Assembly: GCA_049700215.1 (NCBI GenBank)
Contig: JBNAVT010000007.1
Span: 54,172-73,921 of the forward strand
Direction: 5' to 3'
Length of the DNA: 19,750 nt
DNA from: Thermoproteota archaeon
GTDB taxonomy: Archaea > Thermoproteota > EX4484-205 > JAAOZP01
The translations under genes were made by a program, and so were the position numbers. The notes below the pieces were generated by a model. The model was not told the origin of the DNA and ran no database searches. It worked only from the letters and a program-made list of their open reading frames with translations. Positions 1 through 6,196 of this stretch are shown here, one piece after another (the stretch's first letter is position 1; every line of letters begins with the position of its first letter).

Positions 1-396
1 GCTCGCCGGTGAATGTACCGTCAAGCCTCCGTGATATCGTAAAGGAGGAGGGTCTTATGCTAATGACTTTTTATCTACGACTTCTTCGAGGAGTTCGTTG
101 CCCCTGAACGGGACCCACTTGCCGTCTTCCAACTTGACGAAACCCACAAGGGTTCCGTCGGGGAGGAAATCAAGGGGCTTCTCCATTTTAACAACCTTCT
201 TACCTCCGATGTTTTCGATCAAAACGTCTCCCTTGAGCAGCAGCTTCCTGCCATCCTCCAATTTTATGAATGATACTGGTTCTCCATTCGGCAGCCGGAA
301 GCGGAAATCTCCCTCTAAGACCTTCATGCCCTGAGCCTCATCTATAACCTTGTCCCCGACGAAGGGGAGCCTTCTATCATCCTCTAGGATGACGTC
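1..396 (-). pseudogene. Truncated, frameshifted tandem-repeat protein (about 42-aa repeats, LEDG...PF.G...I....G.KV...LPDG)
   Basis: ORF 55..327 is open upstream to a TAG inside the palindrome at 397-408 (RALDVILEDDRRLPFVGDKVIDEAQG-MKV...), with no ATG between the palindrome and 327. It has three repeat units. A frameshift at the T5 run (68-72) continues the repeat as KKVISIRPSSFTISRRLDGTFTGE to the window edge. Confidence 0.65.
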
Positions 397-408
397 TAGC
401 GCGCGCTA
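397..408. repeat. Perfect palindrome TAGCGCGCGCTA (junction 1)
   Basis: Read directly; identical copy at 1554-1565. Confidence 0.95.
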
Positions 409-424
409 CCGAACACTATATGAA

Positions 425-454
425 TGTACACGTCTGTACAACAACATTTAAAAA
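425..454 (+). promoter_or_regulatory. TGTACA-N4-TGTACA candidate operator followed by TATA-like TTTAAAAA upstream of the dehydrogenase
   Basis: TGTACA at 425-430 and 435-440; TTTAAAAA at 447-454; purine-rich GGAGG-like leader before ATG 499. Confidence 0.45.
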
Positions 455-498
455 TCCTTCTCTAGGCCGCTTGGAAAGGTGGAAGGAGCGCTGGAGAA

Positions 499-1413
499 AT
501 GGTGGAGAGTAAGCCTAAGGTCCTCGTGCTTGACAGCTTTGACCAAGAGTTTTTCGAAAGGCTCAAAGAGTATTGCGAGGTTTTGAACGAAACCCGTATG
601 GGTGAGGCTGAAATACTTATAGTCAGGAGCAACACTAGGGTTGACAGGCAGTTCATATCCAAGCTTCCGAACCTTAGGCTTGTAGTGACTGCTACGCACG
701 GCGAGGACCATATTGATAAGCAGGCCCTGGCGGAGCGGGGGATAGAGTGGCATACTGCTCCTGTTCAAAGCTACGATGTTGCGCAGAGCGTGATGGCCTA
801 TGTTTTCGCATTCGCGACGAACATGGTTATCGCGGACAGGTCTATGAAGAGAGGCGAGTGGAGAAAGAGCGAGCTCATAGGTTTTAGGGTGGAGGGTAAA
901 ACGCTTGGAATAATAGGCTATGGGCGTATAGGGAGAGAGGTTGCGAGGCAGGCTCTGGCGAACGGCTTAAGGGTAATCGTCTACGAGAAGGATGCTAAGG
1001 CCAAGATTGAGAACAGACTTCCTATACGGTTTGCCGAAACCCTTGAGGAACTTCTTTCGAACTCTGATATAATCACGATCCACGTTCCCCTAACGGAGGA
1101 AACCAAGGGGATGATCGGTGAACGCGAGTTGGCGATTGTTAAGGACGGGGTCTTCTTGATAAACACTGCTAGGGGAGGGATTGTAGACGAGGAAGCATTG
1201 TTAAAAGCATTGGAAACAAATAAGCTCGCGGGCGCGGCTCTGGACGTTTTCCATCATCAACCTCCCTTATTGAACAATTGCTCCGAGAAACTTGCGTGCC
1301 ACGAGAAAGTTATTGCATCACCCCACAGCATAGCGCAAACAAGAGAGGCTTTAAGGCAGAAGGGGGAAACTGTGCTTAAAATAATTAAGGAATACGTAAG
1401 CCTAAAGATTTAA
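499..1413 (+). CDS. D-isomer-specific 2-hydroxyacid dehydrogenase (short SerA/PGDH-like, NAD-binding)
   Basis: IVRS motif, GKTLGIIGYGRIG Rossmann motif, ITIHVPLTEETKGMI, INTARGGIVDE, AALDVF, SPH; no ACT domain. Confidence 0.92.
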   Translation: MVESKPKVLVLDSFDQEFFERLKEYCEVLNETRMGEAEILIVRSNTRVDRQFISKLPNLRLVVTATHGEDHIDKQALAERGIEWHTAPVQSYDVAQSVMAYVFAFATNMVIADRSMKRGEWRKSELIGFRVEGKTLGIIGYGRIGREVARQALANGLRVIVYEKDAKAKIENRLPIRFAETLEELLSNSDIITIHVPLTEETKGMIGERELAIVKDGVFLINTARGGIVDEEALLKALETNKLAGAALDVFHHQPPLLNNCSEKLACHEKVIASPHSIAQTREALRQKGETVLKIIKEYVSLKI

Positions 1414-1553
1414 TATCGTAAATCTCAGGGAACATGGGTATTAGAAGCAGATTTACCGGGTTTCTTGCGAGGAATAATCTGATTCCAGGAGGTTGGGCGG
1501 AGGAAAAGCGCGAGCGGTGTTGGAAGGCTTTTTAACGACGTGTACCACATGCT

Positions 1554-1565
1554 TAGCGCGCGCTA
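1554..1565. repeat. Perfect palindrome TAGCGCGCGCTA (junction 2)
   Basis: Read directly; sits exactly where homology to the intact FUN14 gene stops. Confidence 0.95.
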
Positions 1566-1783
1566 TGAGAAAAGTAGCTGAGGAGTATGGGAGCACGTTT
1601 TGAAGGCTTCCGCCCAAGTCTATTACCCTAGGCAGGAACTCCATAGCCCTGTCGAAAACGTCTTGAGCGCGCGCACCAGCGTTATGGCGTGCTTAATTAT
1701 GAGGCCTACTAGAAGCCCGATGATGAACGGGACGACCACTGGAACAATCCAGGCGAACTAGGGGGGATAGTCACGCCGGACGC
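1565..1783 (-). pseudogene. Degraded copy of the FUN14-family membrane protein gene at 2971..3273
   Basis: 1565-1616 is identical to 3002-3053. The start codon is lost (CAT replaced by CGC at 1781-1783). There is a 1-nt deletion near 1759, a net 52-nt internal deletion at 1666-1672, and the 3' end is missing. Promoter 17-mer GTTTAAAAAGTTAGCGT is conserved (1806-1822 vs 3296-3312). Confidence 0.9.
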
Positions 1784-1848
1784 CTTTAGACAGAAGCTTA
1801 AACCCGTTTAAAAAGTTAGCGTCGCAGCCAGGCTCCAAGACACGCGTG

Positions 1849-2277
1849 CTAGCGTGAACCGCCTTCACCGCCGCCGATCCAGACTACTTCAGGCCTCTCC
1901 TTAAAATGCTCATCGCCAGTAATAAGGCTCGCGTCAAGAACCTTCGCCACAGCCAAGACTATCGCGTCGAAAAGACCCGGTTCCCCTAATCCGGCTTTCC
2001 TAGCGTTTTCCCTGAGCTCGTAATCCATTTCCGCGGCTTTAACAGCCACATTCTTATCCACCGGCACTATTCTCGACAGCTCGGAAACCTTGGAAAGCCG
2101 CGCCTCCGTGGTATGTGCCTCAACGCGTTCCCTACGATACTTTCGGGCGAGCTCCGCCAGGACGATGTCAGGAGTATATACTTCGTCAGCTGAGCTAAGC
2201 TTCTCCTTGACAAGCCTCCCTTTCTCGCTGCCTATGAAAAGCTCAACCCAAGCATAGGAGTCAACCACGATCCTCAC
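1849..2277 (-). CDS. vapC: PIN-domain ribonuclease toxin VapC
   Basis: N-terminal IVVDSYAW (DS/DT motif), VLAE, GLFDAIVLA, LITGDEHF acidic PIN residues; overlaps the small upstream gene. Confidence 0.92.
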   Translation of the reverse strand: MRIVVDSYAWVELFIGSEKGRLVKEKLSSADEVYTPDIVLAELARKYRRERVEAHTTEARLSKVSELSRIVPVDKNVAVKAAEMDYELRENARKAGLGEPGLFDAIVLAVAKVLDASLITGDEHFKERPEVVWIGGGEGGSR

Positions 2278-2461
2278 CGCGATCCTCCTCCGTGAAAGGC
2301 TTTATTCTTCCCTTATCCGCCCCAAAAACCTCTTCAAGCATCCTCCGGCGCCTTTCCAGGAGAAACCTTCTTATCACTTCCTCCACGCTTTTAGCCTTCA
2401 TAGTTTCTCTTAAAGCCTCCAATTCCTCTAGTGTTGAACGGGATACTTTTATCGTGCTCAT
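2261..2461 (-). CDS. vapB: VapB-type antitoxin (ribbon-helix-helix-like N-terminus)
   Basis: 66 aa, MSTIKVSRSTLEELE...SVEEVIRRFL, acidic tail; 17-nt overlap with vapC. Confidence 0.85.
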   Translation of the reverse strand: MSTIKVSRSTLEELEALRETMKAKSVEEVIRRFLLERRRRMLEEVFGADKGRIKPFTEEDRGEDRG

Positions 2462-2463
2462 TC

Positions 2464-2493
2464 TACCTTATACTTTACACTTTATACTTTATA
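2464..2493 (-). promoter_or_regulatory. Four tandem 7-bp repeats (TAAAGTA consensus on minus strand) spanning TATA box to start of vapB
   Basis: Plus strand TACCTTA TACTTTA CACTTTA TACTTTA at 2464-2491; minus-strand CTTATAAA TATA-like box about 30 nt above the ATG. Confidence 0.7.
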
Positions 2494-2620
2494 AGTTTTT
2501 GCTGGCGCGTTTTACTGTATTCTCAGAAATTCCAGCGTTTTTCGAAACGACTCTAACGTTTTCCGAAAAGGCATTCGAGGAACCCGGTGCGCTAGAGGGA
2601 GAACTGTTTGCTCAGGAAGC

Positions 2621-2653
2621 GGGGTGCCGAGTACTAGTTGCGGCAAGCACCCC
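2621..2653. other. GC-rich stem-loop of unknown role
   Basis: GGGGTGC (2621-2627) pairs with GCACCCC (2647-2653); alternative inner pairing TGCCG/CGGCA. Confidence 0.4.
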
Positions 2654-2677
2654 TTGACAGAAGGATGAGATGCGCGC

Positions 2678-2924
2678 GCTTCAGGGTCCAGGGTAAGACG
2701 CTCGGCATAGTGGGCTACGGGCGTATAGGGAGGTTGCTAGACAGGCTTTAGCGAACGGCCTGAAAGTAGTCTACGATAAGGATCCCGAGGCTAGGCTTGG
2801 AAACAAGCCGCCCGTGAGGTTCGCCGAGACGCTTGAGGAGCTTCTTTCAAGCTCCGACATAGTCACGATACATGTTCCCTTGACTGGTGAAACCAGGGGC
2901 TTAATCGGCGAGCGCGAGCTGGCT
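2678..2924 (+). pseudogene. Internal fragment of a second D-2-hydroxyacid dehydrogenase gene (homologous to about 881-1134)
   Basis: Encodes FRVQGKTLGIVGYGRIG...VRFAETLEELLSSSDIVTIHVPLTGETRGLIGERELA with a 4-nt and a 3-nt deletion; both ends cut at (GC)n tracts. Confidence 0.92.
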
Positions 2925-2970
2925 TCTGCGCGCACTATGCGAGAAGCCTCGTTAAAAATTTCTGCTCTCC

Positions 2971-3273
2971 CTACCCTTTCCAAAGCCCGAGCAGCAGCCC
3001 GATGAGAAAAGTAGCTGAGGAGTATGGGAGCACGTTTTGAAGGCTTCCGCCCAGCTCAACAACCTTCGGCAGAAGCTCCATAGCCCTGTCGAAAAGGTCT
3101 TGGAAAGTCAGGCTAACGTAGCCCGTGGCCACGAGTATTATGATCAGTATGAGGAGGGCGAGCACCAGTGTTACGGCGCGCTTAATAATTAGGCCTACTA
3201 GAAGCCCGATGATGAACGGGACGACTACTGGAACAATCCACGCGAGCTCCGGTGGGATAGTGACGCTAGGCAT
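2971..3273 (-). CDS. FUN14-family small membrane protein
   Basis: 100 aa hydrophobic protein with G..G..IK(R/K) first helix, GY(V/I) after helix 2, and C-terminal F..G..LG..KG typical of archaeal FUN14 (COG2383) proteins. Confidence 0.75.
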   Translation of the reverse strand: MPSVTIPPELAWIVPVVVPFIIGLLVGLIIKRAVTLVLALLILIIILVATGYVSLTFQDLFDRAMELLPKVVELGGSLQNVLPYSSATFLIGLLLGLWKG

Positions 3274-3367
3274 CTTGAAGAGAAGGTTTAAACATGTTTA
3301 AAAAGTTAGCGTTAGCATCGTGCTGCTGCAAGCCAGCAGGGTTTGGGGCAAACGCTTGTTAAGCCTG

Positions 3368-4156
3368 CTAGACGCGTAGGAGGAAGTCGTAAACAGCCCC
3401 CTTAAGCATCATCCTCTCGAAAACCTCGGAGCGGCTTGCCTTAAGCACAACAGGCTTCACGCGGCCGCCGAAGCCGAGCAGCCCCCCGGAGTAGACGACA
3501 CAACCCTCCACGCCTCTTATTGAAAGAGCCAGCTTCACAGCCTCCTCCAGGGATTCTCTGCAACCCGATTTCACGCTGTTTCCCACGCGGGTTGAAACCG
3601 CGTCGGCAAGCGCAGCGTTCTCAGCCACAACAACGGCGGCGTCAGCATCCCCAAGGGAGAGGGCGTGGCTAACGCTGCTTGAGCTCGTGGACACTCCTAT
3701 TGCTCCCCGGGAGCCGTCGAGAATGAGCCCAAGGTTAAGCTCCCTGCCCGTGTAGACTCCAATAAGGGCTTCCCTGCTCGTCCTCATGGAAACCTCCCCG
3801 CCGTTTTCAACTATCACGGTCTCACCCCCGTGTTTAAGCATGGCTTGCAAAACCGTGTCGGCGAGAGCGCCTGGGAGCGCAGCCATCGGCCCGACGCCAG
3901 CCTTTATCGAGGCTTCTACGGCTGCCTTAACCACGGCTGGGGCCTCCTCGTCTGGCTTAACCGGCTCAAGAGTGTAGAGGAACCCGGGGTGTTTCTCAAC
4001 ATAGGTCTGGACAGTCTCCCTCGCCTCTATGAATCCTTTCAAGCCGGTGCTTATTATGGAAGCCTGCTCGCACGCTAAAAGAAGGTCCGCCTCCCTATAT
4101 CTAGTCCTCATGTAGAAAAGGCCGTTTCTAAACTCGAGGACTGTTTGGCTCTTCAC
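3368..4156 (-). CDS. UPF0280 / COG2122 ApbE-superfamily protein (sulfide-assimilation associated)
   Basis: GVGPMAA, IVENGGE, TSS..V.H..SLG.ADA, ALADA motifs; operonic with DUF39 and NIL-ferredoxin genes. Confidence 0.88.
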   Translation of the reverse strand: MKSQTVLEFRNGLFYMRTRYREADLLLACEQASIISTGLKGFIEARETVQTYVEKHPGFLYTLEPVKPDEEAPAVVKAAVEASIKAGVGPMAALPGALADTVLQAMLKHGGETVIVENGGEVSMRTSREALIGVYTGRELNLGLILDGSRGAIGVSTSSSSVSHALSLGDADAAVVVAENAALADAVSTRVGNSVKSGCRESLEEAVKLALSIRGVEGCVVYSGGLLGFGGRVKPVVLKASRSEVFERMMLKGAVYDFLLRV

Positions 4157-4569
4157 CTGTAGAGCGTCACCGCCTTAACCGGGCATGCTTTCAAACAGTT
4201 TCCGCAGAGCACGCACTTCTCCTCGTTCAGAGTAAGCCTAGCCTCATGGTTAAGCGTTAAAGCATCCGTTGGGCAGACGCTGGTGCATGCTCCGCAGTCG
4301 ACACACCTGCCCCTATCGATCTCAACATACCTGGGTATCTCCTTAATCTGGACGCCGTTCGACCTCAGTATTTCAGTAATCTTCGCAACAGCCTTCTCGT
4401 CAGCATCCATCTCTATAGTCATCAACCCTTCTGAGGCGGTTAGCCTAGCGTTCAGAATGTTAACGAGTACTCCTGAATCGAGAATCGCCCTGGAGAGAAT
4501 CGGCCTGTTAACGTGAGCCGGGGAATACTTGAGTTCAAGCCTGACCTTCAACGACAACACCTCCTTCAC
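4153..4569 (-). CDS. NIL-domain 2x[4Fe-4S] ferredoxin (aspartate-semialdehyde sulfurtransferase Fe-S subunit, MA1822-like); real start possibly TTG 4551
   Basis: VNILNA NIL motif, CVDCGACTSVCP and CVLCGNCLKACP; GGAGGTG lies 6 nt upstream of TTG at 4551. Confidence 0.92.
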   Translation of the reverse strand: MKEVLSLKVRLELKYSPAHVNRPILSRAILDSGVLVNILNARLTASEGLMTIEMDADEKAVAKITEILRSNGVQIKEIPRYVEIDRGRCVDCGACTSVCPTDALTLNHEARLTLNEEKCVLCGNCLKACPVKAVTLYR

Positions 4570-6067
4570 GAGTCTTCAAAAGCCTGGAGAGGTCTGCGCT
4601 CGTAATAAGCCCGAGCACACGGTTATCGTCGTCAACCACGGGCAGCCCAGTGATGTCGTGCTGCTCCATTCTTTCAGCAACAATGTCGATAGTCTCGTAA
4701 GGCTTCGCGACTATAACTTTCCTAGTCATTATCGCCTCAAGCCTTTCAGCGTTAGCGGCGACAGCCTTAGCAATATCCCACGTCGTCACAATGCCTAGAA
4801 GCCTGTTCTCCCCGTCCACCACCGGAACATGGTCAACGCTCTCCCTAACCATTTTCATGGAGACGTCTCTAATAGTGTCCGTGAGCCTCGCAGTCGGTAT
4901 GCTCGTCTTCATAAGCTCTGAAACCCTGGGCTCATGCCTCCTGAGAGGCATTGTTTTCTGAACGCTTTCCCTGCTTAACGGGGCGACTGGCCTGGTCAGA
5001 AGGAAGCCTCCCTCAATAATCCATTTCTTAAGGGTTTCAGCAACCTCCCTGGCCTTCCTGATGCTCGACATGCTTCCCGCTTTCACAGTCCTGCCGTTAA
5101 CCTCAACCCTGCCGTGCTTAAGCTCCCGGTAGCTAACCCTCTTTAAAACAGGCCTGCTTACGGAGGGCACGCTGTAGTCAATAAGCTCCGTGAAAATCTG
5201 CTCATCCGGGGTGGCAGCGTTCCTGGCAACATTCATGTTGACCAGGGGTATCGGTATCCCGACGCCGACGTAGAGCGTCGCGCCATACTTGTAGAACGTG
5301 GCCCCCTTTAGAAAGCTGGGGCTCATCTTCTTCAAATCCCCGGCGACCATTATCGTCGACAAGTTTTTAGAAGGATAGTGCTGGGTTCCCTCTCCTATAA
5401 CGTAGCCCACTCCCCCGCCGAGGAATATTCTCGTCCCAACGCCTATCGTCTCAAGATCCCTATCCTTGTAAAGCGGGCTAAGCTCCCCCGAGCCTGAGAA
5501 GCCAACGTTACCATAGTCCGGCAGAAGCGTCCCGAGGTAGGTGTAGAGCGTCCTGTCGCTTGAATTCGTCGCGGCGAAATACCTCTGGTAAGCGTTCCGC
5601 GGGTTCACTAGAACCGCCTGGTTCAAATCATCTATTCTCAAAACGGTTTCAACGCGCCTCCTAGGATAGCAGTCGGTCCCGTAGCCCTCCCCCTTTAAGA
5701 CAAGCTCCCTCCCGCTTACAAGATCCTCTATAACGTGTCCCCCGCCGTACTCAATACCCTTGGTCTCGCTGTAGGCTGTTGCACCAATATACCCGTCTAC
5801 CGCAGCCAGACCCTTGTAGACTGGGACATCGTTCAACCAGGCTCTAGTCATCTTTATAGGCGGGTCTGCGTGTCCGAAGTTCAGGAAAGCGCCGGAGCTG
5901 CACATGGCTCCGAAAGTCCCTGTCGTTACAACGTCGACTTCTCTCGCAGCCCTTTCAAGACCAGAGCTTTCCGCAAGCCTCGTAAACTCTTCAGCGGTTA
6001 AAACGGTGACATCGCCCCTGGATATTTTCTCGTTCACCTGCTCTATCGTCCTCAGGGACTCGTCCAT
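4535..6067 (-). CDS. Homocysteine biosynthesis enzyme, L-aspartate-semialdehyde sulfurtransferase (DUF39/COG1900 + two CBS domains, MA1821-like)
   Basis: DVVTTGTFGAMCSSGA, YGGGHVIEDL, TDCYPR, NPRNAYQ, GVGIPIP; C-terminal CBS pair (PVVD...LGIVT..DI); GGTGA SD before ATG. Confidence 0.95.
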   Translation of the reverse strand: MDESLRTIEQVNEKISRGDVTVLTAEEFTRLAESSGLERAAREVDVVTTGTFGAMCSSGAFLNFGHADPPIKMTRAWLNDVPVYKGLAAVDGYIGATAYSETKGIEYGGGHVIEDLVSGRELVLKGEGYGTDCYPRRRVETVLRIDDLNQAVLVNPRNAYQRYFAATNSSDRTLYTYLGTLLPDYGNVGFSGSGELSPLYKDRDLETIGVGTRIFLGGGVGYVIGEGTQHYPSKNLSTIMVAGDLKKMSPSFLKGATFYKYGATLYVGVGIPIPLVNMNVARNAATPDEQIFTELIDYSVPSVSRPVLKRVSYRELKHGRVEVNGRTVKAGSMSSIRKAREVAETLKKWIIEGGFLLTRPVAPLSRESVQKTMPLRRHEPRVSELMKTSIPTARLTDTIRDVSMKMVRESVDHVPVVDGENRLLGIVTTWDIAKAVAANAERLEAIMTRKVIVAKPYETIDIVAERMEQHDITGLPVVDDDNRVLGLITSADLSRLLKTREGGVVVEGQA

Positions 6068-6148
6068 ACTGTTTAATCACCCGAGCCGCCGGGAACCGGC
6101 TGAATCATAAAAACCTTTACGGGGAGCGTGTTAAACCAGCTGCTTCTA

Positions 6149-6180
6149 ATTACTCAGGGTAATAGTATTCCCCGGGTAAG
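6149..6180. promoter_or_regulatory. Paired imperfect palindromes upstream of the homocysteine operon promoter
   Basis: ATTAC-TCAGG-GTAAT (6149-6163) and TTCC-CCGG-GTAA (6168-6179). Confidence 0.35.
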
Positions 6181-6196
6181 CATCGTTCCACACGCT

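Noticed and set aside
1434-1535. 33-aa ORF MGIRSRFTGFLARNNLIPGGWAEEKRERCWKAF downstream of the dehydrogenase
   Set aside because: Too short, no recognisable motif or clear RBS; cannot be supported.
1453-1644. 63-aa ORF on minus strand
   Set aside because: Chimeric read-through: FUN14 remnant fused across the 1554-1565 junction to unrelated sequence.
2292-2657. 121-aa plus-strand ORF
   Set aside because: Antisense to vapB and runs through its promoter repeats; shadow ORF.
2771-3005. ORFs 2771..2983 (-) and 2814..3005 (+)
   Set aside because: Antisense and sense read-throughs of the dehydrogenase pseudogene fragment; not independent genes.
3176-3181. GCGCGC hexamers within intact CDSs (also 12404-12409 and 16715-16720)
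   Set aside because: Six-mers in intact coding frames, compatible with chance; not breakpoints.
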